A stretch of DNA of 64,000 bases from Gammaproteobacteria bacterium (lineage in GTDB: Bacteria; Pseudomonadota; Gammaproteobacteria; GCA-001735895): positions 130,375-194,374 of the forward strand of contig JBNKDE010000010.1 of the NCBI GenBank assembly GCA_050288105.1, in the 5' to 3' direction. A program made the position numbers and the translations under genes. Under the pieces are notes generated by a model. It ran no database searches. It was given only the letters and a program-made list of their open reading frames with translations, and was not told the origin of the DNA. The stretch's first letter is position 1; each line of letters starts with the position of its first letter. Of this stretch, positions 44,251 through 53,893 are shown in pieces.

Positions 44251-45333
44251 ATGTCCTATTTTAAAAACACACTGGTTTGTTCGTTGCTTGTACTGCTGCT
44301 TGCATCGTGTAATGAACATAAAACCGCCACCCTGGCGCAGCCAAAGGGTGTCATCGCCGTTGAGGCAAAAACTACGGAATTCTCATCCAGTGCGACATTG
44401 TCGGGTTCTGTAACCGCGCGCATTGAAACACAGCTTTCGTTTCGTGTGTCCGGGCGCATCATCGAACGCAATGTCGAGGTGGGTAGCCATGTTAAGGCAG
44501 GCGATATCCTGGCGCGAGTTGATCCAGCTCAGCAGCAGGCCGATGTGGATGTCGCCAGGGCCGGGCTGGAAGCCGCAGAAGCTCAGCTACGCCAGGCGAA
44601 ATTGACACTGAAACGCCAGCAAGAGCTGTTAGCCGGGCACATTACCTCAAAGGCAAACTACGATCAGGCGGAAGCAGCGTTGCGTACCGCCGAAGGCTCT
44701 ACCGAAGCCGCGCGTGCAGTGCTCGCCAGCGCCCAGGATAAGCTTGGCTTTACTTACCTCAAGGCGGATGCGGATGGCATTATCACTGCGCGTCACGCCG
44801 AAGTCGGGCAGGTTCAGCAGGCTGCACAGACGGTATTTACACTGGCGCACGATGGTAAGCGTGATGCGGTATTCAATGTATTCGAATCACTGTTTCTGAG
44901 CAATCACGCGGACTCTCAGATTGAGGTTTCGCTGTTGTCAGACCCTGCGCAAAAGGTGACTGCTACGATACGCGAAGTATCCCCTACTATCGATGCTTCA
45001 ACCGGTACGATTCGAGTCAAGGTCGATCTCGGCGAGCAGGCTACCATGATGCCGCTGGGTGCCATTGTTACTGGCCGCTTTTCTTACCAGACCAGGCGCG
45101 TCATTCTATTGCCGTGGAGTGCAATGGCTTCACTCGACGGAAACCCCGCAGTGTGGCTAATCGATGCGCAAACTCACCGCGTTTCACTACAGCCGGTGGC
45201 GGTTTCAGATTATGAAACAGGACAGTTTACGGTAAATGGTGGTTTAGAGGATGGAGACCTGGTGGTCAGTCAGGGAGGGAAGCTTATTCGCATGGGACAG
45301 CAGGTATCGATCCTGAAAATGGAGGAGATATGA
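44251..45333 (+). CDS. RND efflux membrane-fusion (periplasmic adaptor) protein 1
   Basis: Lipoprotein signal (LLLASC) and HlyD/MFP-family coiled-coil plus beta-barrel domains. Start moved to MSYFKN. Confidence 0.85.
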   Translation: MSYFKNTLVCSLLVLLLASCNEHKTATLAQPKGVIAVEAKTTEFSSSATLSGSVTARIETQLSFRVSGRIIERNVEVGSHVKAGDILARVDPAQQQADVDVARAGLEAAEAQLRQAKLTLKRQQELLAGHITSKANYDQAEAALRTAEGSTEAARAVLASAQDKLGFTYLKADADGIITARHAEVGQVQQAAQTVFTLAHDGKRDAVFNVFESLFLSNHADSQIEVSLLSDPAQKVTATIREVSPTIDASTGTIRVKVDLGEQATMMPLGAIVTGRFSYQTRRVILLPWSAMASLDGNPAVWLIDAQTHRVSLQPVAVSDYETGQFTVNGGLEDGDLVVSQGGKLIRMGQQVSILKMEEI

Positions 45334-46415
45334 ACTGGCTCAAAAACATACTGGTCGCGCTGGTATTCAGCGCAATAGTGGCTGGCTGTAATGACAAAGA
45401 ACCCACCATGTCCGAACCGGTACGGCCTCTGCTCTCGGTAATAGTATCCCCGCAGGCAGCGAACCGGCTGCGCTATGCGGGTTCAGTGGAGCCCCGCATA
45501 CAGGCTGAGCTTGGTTTCAGGTTACTGGGCCGCGTCATAAAACGCCAGGCGAATGTGGGTGACATCGTCACTAAAGGTCAGGTGATTGCAATGCTCGATC
45601 CACTGGTGCTGGAGCTGGCTGTGCGCAGCGCAGAAGCTGAACTTTCCAATGCCAAAGCGCAGCTAAGAAACGCAGTGCTGAGCGAGCGTCGTCAATACCA
45701 GCTATCGCAGGTCGACTCCGCTTCGCAGGCCGAATATGAGAATGCATTACTGGTGAAGGAAAGTGCGCAAGCCTCGCTGGCTAGAGCCGAGGCCAATCTC
45801 GATAAGGCGAAAGAGCAACTCGCCTACAGCCAGTTGCATGCCGAATTTGATGGTGTGATTACCGAAGTCTCGGCTGAGGTGGGTCAGGTACTTTCAGCGG
45901 GTGAAACGGCGTTTGTCGAAGCAAGGCCCGATTTACGCGATGTGGTAATCGATGTGCCTGAAGACGATATTGCCGCGATTTCGATTGGTGCGTCATTCGA
46001 TATCTTTTTACAGCTGGAGCCAACCATTCGCGCATTGGGCATGGTACGAGAAATTGCCCCGCAGTCGGATGAAACTACACGCACACACCGGGTCAAAATC
46101 AGCCTGCTTGATCCTTCATCGGCGTTTCGCCTGGGTACTATCGTAACGGCGTCAGCAGTTCTTGACTCTGGCGAGCAGCTCGTATTACCCAGATCGGCAC
46201 TGCTGCAGCAAGGGGAAACCAGCAAGGTATGGGTGATCGACCCTAAAACCAGTACGGTATCAGCGCGGACGGTGACACTTAAGGGTGACATCAAGGGGGC
46301 GAAAAATATGGTGATTACTGCGGGATTGCGGGCAGGTGAGCGGGTTGCTGTGGCGGGTGTGAACAGCCTCAAGGAGGGGCAGCAAGTGAGAATCGATGTG
46401 GAGAGCACGCTATGA
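45330..46415 (+). CDS. RND efflux membrane-fusion (periplasmic adaptor) protein 2
   Basis: Second HlyD/MFP-family paralogue (lipobox VAGC), overlapping MFP1 at its start and the RND pump at its end. Confidence 0.85.
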   Translation: MNWLKNILVALVFSAIVAGCNDKEPTMSEPVRPLLSVIVSPQAANRLRYAGSVEPRIQAELGFRLLGRVIKRQANVGDIVTKGQVIAMLDPLVLELAVRSAEAELSNAKAQLRNAVLSERRQYQLSQVDSASQAEYENALLVKESAQASLARAEANLDKAKEQLAYSQLHAEFDGVITEVSAEVGQVLSAGETAFVEARPDLRDVVIDVPEDDIAAISIGASFDIFLQLEPTIRALGMVREIAPQSDETTRTHRVKISLLDPSSAFRLGTIVTASAVLDSGEQLVLPRSALLQQGETSKVWVIDPKTSTVSARTVTLKGDIKGAKNMVITAGLRAGERVAVAGVNSLKEGQQVRIDVESTL

Positions 46416-49400
46416 AGCAGTTTAACCTTTCCGACTGGTCGCTCGAGCACCGCTCTCTGGTGTGGTATTTTATGATGGTTTTTCTGGTCGCGGGACTGAT
46501 GTCTTACCTCAACCTGGGACGCGAAGAAGATCCTAATTTCACCATCAAAACCATGTTGATCCAGGCGCAATGGCCAGGTGCTTCGGCCGAGGAAGTGACC
46601 AAACAGGTGACCGACCGTATCGAGAAGAAACTGCAGGAGCTGGATTCGCTAGACTTCACCAAGAGTATTACCACGGCGGGACAGACGATTATTTTTGTCA
46701 ACCTGTTGCCTACTACCCGCGCGAAGGATGTCTCACCCACCTGGGTGCAGGTGCGTAACATGATTGGAGATATCAGAGGGTCTTTTCCTGCTGGTGTTGT
46801 CGGTCCATTTTTTAATGATCGTTTTGGGGACGTTTTTGGCAATATTTTTGCGTTTACCAGCGATGGCCTGAGCCAGCGTCAGTTGCGGGACTATGTCGAA
46901 GAAGCGCGTGCCCAGGTGCTGCATGTTCCAAATGTAGGCAAGGTAGAGGTGATTGGCGCCCAGGAAGAGGTGATCTACCTGGAATTCTCGACCCGGAAAA
47001 TTGCCGCGCTGGGTATTGATAAACGATCCGTACTATCGACCCTGAAAGCACAAAATGCGGTTACCGCATCAGGCTTTTCACAGGCGGGGCCGGAGCGCAT
47101 TGCATTGCGCGTGAGCGGTCAATTTACCTCTGAAGACAGCTTACGCAGTATCAACCTGCGAGTGAATAACCGGTTTTTTCCGCTCACCGATGTCGCGACC
47201 ATCCGGCGTGCCTACGCCGATCCACCCAGCTCCCTGTTCCGTTACAACGGCAAAGATGCTATCGGTCTGGCGATTGGGATGAAAGCGGGCGCCAACCTGC
47301 TAGATTTTGGCGCTGCGCTCGATAAGCAGATGGAACGCATCATTGCCGACATGCCTATTGGCGTTGACATTGGGCGCGTATCTGATCAACCAGCAGTGGT
47401 CGATGAAGCCGTTTCAGGATTTACCCGCGCCCTGTTTGAGGCGGTGGCTATCGTACTCGCGATCAGCTTTATCAGTCTCGGGCTACGTGCCGGGCTGGTC
47501 GTGGCGATTTCTATTCCGCTGGTATTAGCGATTACCTTTCTGGTGATGGAATATAGCGGTATTTCGTTACAACGGATTTCCCTGGGTGCATTGATTATTG
47601 CGCTGGGCCTGCTGGTTGACGATGCCATGATTGCGGTGGAAATGATGGTGGCGCGCCTGGAGCTGGGCGATAGCCTGCGCAAGGCCGCGACTCATGTTTA
47701 CACGTCAACGGCGTTTCCGATGTTGACGGGTACCCTGGTCACGGTGGCAGGTTTTATCCCGGTTGGGTTGAACAGCAGCGCGGCGGGTGAATTTACGTTT
47801 ACGCTGTTTGTGGTCATCGCCGTTTCACTTACTGTTTCATGGGTGGTGGCGGTGCTGTTCACGCCATTGCTGGGCGTCAGCGTGATGCCAAAAAGTTTGC
47901 AACAGCAGCACGAGAAAAAAGGAATCGTGGCATCAACGTTCTCCTCCCTGCTGCATGTCTGCATGCGTTTTCGCTGGCTGACCATTGTATTGACCCTGGT
48001 CGCCTTCGTGGCGTCGCTTGGGGGCATGGCATTTGTCCAGCAACAGTTCTTTCCCTCGTCGGACCGTTTAGAGCTGATTGTTGACTGGCATTTACCCCAG
48101 AATGTTTCGATTATGGAAACCAACCGACAGATGGCTCAATTTGAGAAAGAGATGCTGGTTGGCAATCCGGATATCGAACACTGGGCGACCTATGTTGGTG
48201 AAGGTGCGCCGCGTTTTGTGCTTTCCTACGATGTTCAGCCACCCGATGTAACATTTGGTCAAACAGTCATGATTACCAGAAGTATCGAAGCACGTGACCG
48301 TCTACGGACTCAGTTCCGGGATTATCTGAAGCAGACATTTCCGGGCACTGAAGCCTACGTTAAGTTACTGGATATTGGTCCTCCCGTCGGCAAGCCTGTG
48401 CAGTATCGAATTAGTGGTCCTGATGTACAGACGGTGCGTAAGCTGGTGCAGGGAGCGGCTGATATTGTTGGTAGCAATGAAAACCTGTCGGGTTTGATCT
48501 TCGACTGGAATGAACCTGCACGCGTGGTCAAGATCGACGTGTTGCAGGACAAGGCGCGCCAGCTCGGCGTCACTTCAGAAGACATTGCTTCGGCGCTGAA
48601 CGGAATTGTTGCGGGGTCGCGGGTTACTCAGGTACGTGACGATATCTATCTGGTCGATGTGGTCAGCCGCGCACAAAATTCTGAACGTGGTTCCATCGAA
48701 ACCCTTCAAAACCTGCAACTGCCCGCATCGAATGGCAAATCGGTACCTCTGTCGGCACTGGTCAGGTTTCATTATGAACTGGAGCAGCCAACGATCTGGC
48801 GGCGCGATCGATTGCCGACCATAACCCTTAAGGCCAGCGTCGAAAGCAATTTACAACCTGCTACGGTAGTCAATCAGCTATCTGCCCAGATCGCAGAATT
48901 TAGCAAAACATTACCTACCGGATACTCGGTGGTTGTGGGCGGTAGTGTCGAAGAAAGTGCCAGGGCTCAGGGACCTATTGCAGCTGTTGCACCTTTGATG
49001 CTATTCATCATGGCAACTATCCTGATGATTCAGCTGCAAAGTTTTAGTCGACTGATTCTGGTGTTTGCGGTTGCGCCGCTAGCCTTGATCGGTGTGGTTA
49101 TCGCACTGCTGTCCAGTAATGCCCCGATGGGCTTTGTCGCGATTCTCGGTATTCTGGCACTGATAGGTATCCTGATTCGAAACTCGGTTATCCTGATTGT
49201 GCAGATCGAAACGTTGCGGGGCGAAGGTATGGATGCCTGGAATGCGGTGGTCAAGGCAACCGAGAATCGAATGCGTCCGATTATGTTGACCGCGGCTGCG
49301 GCGACGCTTGCGCTGATCCCGATCTCCAGGGAAATTTTCTGGGGCCCCATGGCTTTTGCCATGATGGGCGGGATCGTGGTTGGTACTGTGTTGACCCTGT

Positions 49401-49471
49401 TGTTCCTGCCGGCGCTTTACGTCGCCTGGTTCGGTCTTAAACCGGCAAGCGGTGACGGGGGCGTTGATTAA
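46412..49471 (+). CDS. RND multidrug efflux transporter (AcrB/HAE1 family)
   Basis: 1019 aa with twelve TM helices and two large periplasmic loops. Confidence 0.95.
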   Translation: MKQFNLSDWSLEHRSLVWYFMMVFLVAGLMSYLNLGREEDPNFTIKTMLIQAQWPGASAEEVTKQVTDRIEKKLQELDSLDFTKSITTAGQTIIFVNLLPTTRAKDVSPTWVQVRNMIGDIRGSFPAGVVGPFFNDRFGDVFGNIFAFTSDGLSQRQLRDYVEEARAQVLHVPNVGKVEVIGAQEEVIYLEFSTRKIAALGIDKRSVLSTLKAQNAVTASGFSQAGPERIALRVSGQFTSEDSLRSINLRVNNRFFPLTDVATIRRAYADPPSSLFRYNGKDAIGLAIGMKAGANLLDFGAALDKQMERIIADMPIGVDIGRVSDQPAVVDEAVSGFTRALFEAVAIVLAISFISLGLRAGLVVAISIPLVLAITFLVMEYSGISLQRISLGALIIALGLLVDDAMIAVEMMVARLELGDSLRKAATHVYTSTAFPMLTGTLVTVAGFIPVGLNSSAAGEFTFTLFVVIAVSLTVSWVVAVLFTPLLGVSVMPKSLQQQHEKKGIVASTFSSLLHVCMRFRWLTIVLTLVAFVASLGGMAFVQQQFFPSSDRLELIVDWHLPQNVSIMETNRQMAQFEKEMLVGNPDIEHWATYVGEGAPRFVLSYDVQPPDVTFGQTVMITRSIEARDRLRTQFRDYLKQTFPGTEAYVKLLDIGPPVGKPVQYRISGPDVQTVRKLVQGAADIVGSNENLSGLIFDWNEPARVVKIDVLQDKARQLGVTSEDIASALNGIVAGSRVTQVRDDIYLVDVVSRAQNSERGSIETLQNLQLPASNGKSVPLSALVRFHYELEQPTIWRRDRLPTITLKASVESNLQPATVVNQLSAQIAEFSKTLPTGYSVVVGGSVEESARAQGPIAAVAPLMLFIMATILMIQLQSFSRLILVFAVAPLALIGVVIALLSSNAPMGFVAILGILALIGILIRNSVILIVQIETLRGEGMDAWNAVVKATENRMRPIMLTAAAATLALIPISREIFWGPMAFAMMGGIVVGTVLTLLFLPALYVAWFGLKPASGDGGVD

Positions 49472-49729
49472 GCAGGATCGCAAACTTTACTTCCCTCGTT
49501 AAATATACTGCCCAGTCAGTCTGCCTTTAATTTTTGGAGGTTGATTGGCTATGGCCTTTTTTAGTTGTCTATTCATTTTTATACGGTAAGTCAAAGCTGA
49601 ATGTGGAGAAAATGACTGAGTTACTGGTCACCCAGTACCCCTGATCGGCAATGGAATAGACTGTTACCCGTTTTAGTAGTCTTCAGCGCAGGATGACTTG
49701 TAACAGAAGTTTCTTCTATACTCTGGAGT

Positions 49730-50719
49730 ATGCAACGGCTCATTATAATAATTATATGCGGGTTCTATGCCTCGACTGTTTTGCCCCTTACGCAACAAAC
49801 TGCCGGGGGGCAATCACTAACCATTCCATCAGATTCTGCCGTAGACCTGTTACCCTCGGTGCATACCGGGAATGCGCCGGATGCCCTGTCGCGGTTAAAT
49901 TATCCACTTAGTGGTGCGCTTGAAATCCGGCGACGTATCTGGGAAAAGGTGAGCCGCTGCGAAATCTGTCATTCGCTGGATTTCAGTTTCTCTAATAGTT
50001 ACATCCCGATGCTACAGGGGCAGAAGCGAGAGTACCTGTACTCAAAGATTAACGCATTTAAAGCTCAACGCATGAGTCGTCACCCCTTTCCTGATTTCAC
50101 ACGATCGCTTTCAGAGGATGAGGTGATCGACATCAGCCTGTATTACAGTATTCAAAACAGTCTGCTGGATTTGAAGCTGGTTGAGTTGAATGCTGTTTCT
50201 CAGCCGGATGCCAAGTTTGCTGCTGTTTCCATACAGACTTGTCTTGATTGCCATGGTCGTGATGGGAATGGTTCGGGACTGATCCCCGATTTATCTGGGC
50301 AGAGCCGAAACTACCTGAGTTACCGTATTCGCGAGATTGCAGAAGGCAGCTCGCGCATCCATTTGAGCAGCGATGCACCGGTTTCGTGCAATATCAATAA
50401 AGTCACTATCAGGCAGAGTCAGGCAATGGCAGCAAAGCTGTCACTGGTTATTGATAGCACACGGCTGCGCAGAGGGGAGCAGGTTTACATTGCAAACTGC
50501 CAGTCCTGCCACGAGCAGGGTAAGCAGGGTGCACCACAACTGGATAGTCAGTTCGACTGGATGGGTAAGTTGCTATCGGGTTTAAACCAGTATGCTGATT
50601 ATGCTTCGCGCGTACCACATCGTGATATTTTTCAGCTTAAGCATCAGCTTTTAAGCCGCAATCAATGGACTGATGCATTGCACTATGTGGTCAATCAGTC
50701 TGCCCATTCCACTCCTTGA
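49730..50719 (+). CDS. Periplasmic c-type cytochrome with three CXXCH motifs (cytochrome c4-like)
   Basis: CEICH, CLDCH and CQSCH, plus GQxxxYL..Q motifs typical of c4/c553-class cytochromes. Signal peptide present. Confidence 0.75.
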   Translation: MQRLIIIIICGFYASTVLPLTQQTAGGQSLTIPSDSAVDLLPSVHTGNAPDALSRLNYPLSGALEIRRRIWEKVSRCEICHSLDFSFSNSYIPMLQGQKREYLYSKINAFKAQRMSRHPFPDFTRSLSEDEVIDISLYYSIQNSLLDLKLVELNAVSQPDAKFAAVSIQTCLDCHGRDGNGSGLIPDLSGQSRNYLSYRIREIAEGSSRIHLSSDAPVSCNINKVTIRQSQAMAAKLSLVIDSTRLRRGEQVYIANCQSCHEQGKQGAPQLDSQFDWMGKLLSGLNQYADYASRVPHRDIFQLKHQLLSRNQWTDALHYVVNQSAHSTP

Positions 50720-50851
50720 GCACTTTAAAGGTGCTAAATTCATTTCAGGATGCCCAAAAACAGGGCGTAATTTTTGCCAAAGGGGGCAATTAAACACTCG
50801 CTGATTTCCTGGGTCACCTTAACTAATTGAAATATAGCGATTATTATTCCT

Positions 50852-50868
50852 CTGGCACTAAAGTTGTT
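50852..50868 (+). promoter_or_regulatory. Candidate sigma-54 (-24/-12) promoter upstream of urtA
   Basis: cTGGCACtaaagTTGTt versus the consensus TGGCAC-N5-TTGCW (one mismatch in the -12 GC), about 40 bp upstream of the urtA start. Confidence 0.35.
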
Positions 50869-50908
50869 ATCAGGTTTCTGTCATTACAATAACTGGAGAA
50901 CAGAAACG

Positions 50909-52192
50909 ATGAAACTCAAAACCCTTAAAGCAGCGACTCTGGCGATAGCTTGCTCAGCAATTATGAACACGGCAATCGCCGCCGACACCATCAAGGTCGG
51001 TGTGTTGCACTCCCTTTCAGGCACCATGGCCATCAGTGAAACCACTCTCAAGGATACGATGCTGATGCTGATCGAAGATCAGAATGCAAAAGGAGGGCTG
51101 CTGGGTAAAAAACTGGAGGCAGTCGTTGTTGATCCTGCTTCTAATTGGCCGCTGTTTGCAGAAAAAGCGCGCGAGTTAATTTCCAAGGATAAAGTCGATG
51201 CAACTTTTGGTTGCTGGACTTCGGTTTCACGTAAGTCTGTTCTTCCCGTTTTCGAAGAACTCAATAGCATCCTGTTCTACCCGGTACAGTATGAAGGTGA
51301 AGAATCATCCAAGAATGTTTTCTACACCGGTGCTGCGCCAAACCAGCAGGCGATTCCTGCGGTTGATTACCTGATGAATGAAATTGGTGTTAAGCGCTGG
51401 GTGCTGGCAGGAACTGACTATGTGTATCCTCGTACTACCAACAAGATTCTGGAAGCTTACCTGAAGGCAAAAGGGGTCGCAGAGAAAGATATCATGATTA
51501 ACTACACACCTTTCGGTCATTCTGACTGGCAGAGTATTGTGTCTGATATCAAGAAGTTTGGTTCAGCTGGCAAAAAGACTGCCGTGGTATCAACTATCAA
51601 TGGCGATGCGAATGTACCTTTCTACAAAGAACTGGGTAACCAGAGCGTAACAGCGGATGATATCCCAGTAGTGGCTTTCTCTGTAGGTGAGGAAGAGCTG
51701 TCTGGTATTGATACCAAGCCTCTGGTAGGTCACCTGGCTGCGTGGAATTATTTCATGAGTGTTGATGCGCCTGAAAATGATGAATTCATCGAAAAGTGGC
51801 AGAAATTCATCAAGAGCGAAAAGCGTGTCACCAACGATCCTATGGAAGCTCATTACATTGGTTTCAAAATGTGGGTAGAAGCCGTCAAGAAAGCCGGTAC
51901 AACTGATCCATCAGCGGTACAGGAAGCACTGATTGGTGTCTCTGTCCCCAATCTGACAGGTGGTCTTTCTACCATGATGCCAAATCATCATATCACCAAG
52001 CCGGTATTGATTGGTGAGATTCAGGATGATGGTCAGTTTGAAACGGTATGGAAGACTTCAGGTCTGGTTCCTGGTGATGCATGGTCTGACTACCTGCCCG
52101 GTTCAAAGGATATTATCTCTGACTGGAGAGCACCTTTAAGCTGCGGTAACTACAACGTAAAAACTGCAAAATGTTCAGGTCAGAATTTCTAA
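50909..52192 (+). CDS. urtA: Urea ABC transporter substrate-binding protein
   Basis: Signal peptide and the UrtA/amide-binding PBP fold (TIKVGVLHSLSGTMAISE). Start moved to MKLKTLK. Confidence 0.9.
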   Translation: MKLKTLKAATLAIACSAIMNTAIAADTIKVGVLHSLSGTMAISETTLKDTMLMLIEDQNAKGGLLGKKLEAVVVDPASNWPLFAEKARELISKDKVDATFGCWTSVSRKSVLPVFEELNSILFYPVQYEGEESSKNVFYTGAAPNQQAIPAVDYLMNEIGVKRWVLAGTDYVYPRTTNKILEAYLKAKGVAEKDIMINYTPFGHSDWQSIVSDIKKFGSAGKKTAVVSTINGDANVPFYKELGNQSVTADDIPVVAFSVGEEELSGIDTKPLVGHLAAWNYFMSVDAPENDEFIEKWQKFIKSEKRVTNDPMEAHYIGFKMWVEAVKKAGTTDPSAVQEALIGVSVPNLTGGLSTMMPNHHITKPVLIGEIQDDGQFETVWKTSGLVPGDAWSDYLPGSKDIISDWRAPLSCGNYNVKTAKCSGQNF

Positions 52193-52214
52193 TTCGAACC
52201 TGTCTGTAACATGG

Positions 52215-52243
52215 TCCGGGGCTGATGCCAGCCCCGGGTTTCA
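52215..52243 (+). terminator. Stable hairpin between urtA and urtB (intra-operon attenuator or partial terminator)
   Basis: ccggggctg-atgc-cagccccgg (9-bp GC-rich stem) followed by gtttc. Confidence 0.45.
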
Positions 52244-52297
52244 ACCCTGTATGCGTTTGCATATAAAATTCCCTTCATCCATAACAACAGGATAGCT

Positions 52298-53893
52298 ATG
52301 AGAATTATTCGACTGTTGATTACCTTGCTGTGTGTGTTCAGTATCAGTATTGGACAGGCAGACGACGCCAGTCTTGCTGAGTCGATTAGCTTACTGACCA
52401 GCAGCAGTTTTGATAGTAAGGCCCAGGGTATTCAACTGCTGACGGACAGTGGGCATGAAAAAACCGAAATTCTGCTGAATGCCATTCTTTCGGGTGATCT
52501 CTATTATGTGAAGAAAGATGATACCCTGGTTTTTGTTAACAGTGCGGATGATGGCATGCAGGTTACCGACGCCTTAAGCGGCGCAGACCTGGGTACCATG
52601 TCCAAGCGTAAGTTGAAGAAAGTCAGCATTAATAATTCCTTACGGCAGTTGCTTAAACTGTCGATCTCAAATCTCAAATTAAATCATCCGGACGCTCAGG
52701 TACGTGAGCAGGCGGTAACAAATTTAATGGGGCAGGCCGATACCGATATGGTTGATCTGCTCAAGCGCATGTTAGCCAAAGAACAGAACGCTGATGTGAT
52801 ACAGGCCATCAACGAGGTGATTGCGTTTACCGGCCTGGATTCTGAGGATCCCGCGATACAGTTGCAGGCAATTGAGGCGTTGCAGGATCAGCTCAATCCC
52901 GATGTATTGAATAAGTTCAAGCAGCTTTCGCAATCGGCTAATGATAAGTCGGTTAAGACTGCTGCGATGAAAGCAGTACATAAGATTGAGTCTCGCGTTT
53001 CTATGTATTCCTATATTGAAACCCTGTTCTTTGGCCTCAGCCTGGGTTCAATTCTGGCATTAGCTGCGATTGGTCTTGCTATTACCTTTGGGGTGATGGG
53101 GGTCATCAATATGGCACATGGTGAATTGATCATGATTGGTGCCTATACCACTTATGTGGTTCAGCTTATTATGCCGAATCATATAGGGGCCTCAGTGCTG
53201 ATCTCAATTCCTGCCGCCTTTATCGTGTCGGGTCTGGTGGGGATTGCCATTGAGCGTGGCGTGATTCGTTTTCTATATGGGCGTCCACTGGAAACGCTGC
53301 TGGCTACCTTTGGTATCAGCCTGTTCCTGCAGCAACTCGTGCGCAGTATCTTTTCTCCGCTCAATCGTTCGGTGGAAACACCGCAATGGATGAGTGGCTC
53401 GTTGGAGATTAATTCACTACTGTCGATCACCTATAACCGCCTGTACATCTTCCTGTTCTGCCTGATCGTGTTTGTGCTGCTGTTTCTGGTGATGAAAAAA
53501 ACATCACTGGGCCTGCATGTGCGTGCGGTATCGCAGAACCGAAATATGGCGCGCGCAATGGGTATTAAATCAGAATGGGTAGATGCGATGACCTTTGGTC
53601 TTGGTTCTGGTATTGCAGGTGTCGCAGGTGTCGCACTCAGTCAGATTACCAACGTGGGGCCTAACCTGGGCCAGGCCTATATCGTTGATTCCTTTATGGT
53701 GGTGGTATTTGGTGGTGTGGGTAATCTGTGGGGTACCCTGATCAGCGGCCTGTCACTGGGTGTGGTTGGCAAGTATTTGGAACCAGTTACCGGCGCGGTA
53801 CTGGCCAAGATACTGGTGCTCATCTTTATTATTCTCTTTATTCAGAAACGGCCACGAGGCCTGTTTCCTCAGAAAGGCAGGGCGGCAGAATAA
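52298..53893 (+). CDS. urtB: Urea ABC transporter permease (long form with an N-terminal periplasmic extension)
   Basis: 531 aa with the branched-chain-type permease core in the C-terminal 300 aa. Confidence 0.9.
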   Translation: MRIIRLLITLLCVFSISIGQADDASLAESISLLTSSSFDSKAQGIQLLTDSGHEKTEILLNAILSGDLYYVKKDDTLVFVNSADDGMQVTDALSGADLGTMSKRKLKKVSINNSLRQLLKLSISNLKLNHPDAQVREQAVTNLMGQADTDMVDLLKRMLAKEQNADVIQAINEVIAFTGLDSEDPAIQLQAIEALQDQLNPDVLNKFKQLSQSANDKSVKTAAMKAVHKIESRVSMYSYIETLFFGLSLGSILALAAIGLAITFGVMGVINMAHGELIMIGAYTTYVVQLIMPNHIGASVLISIPAAFIVSGLVGIAIERGVIRFLYGRPLETLLATFGISLFLQQLVRSIFSPLNRSVETPQWMSGSLEINSLLSITYNRLYIFLFCLIVFVLLFLVMKKTSLGLHVRAVSQNRNMARAMGIKSEWVDAMTFGLGSGIAGVAGVALSQITNVGPNLGQAYIVDSFMVVVFGGVGNLWGTLISGLSLGVVGKYLEPVTGAVLAKILVLIFIILFIQKRPRGLFPQKGRAAE

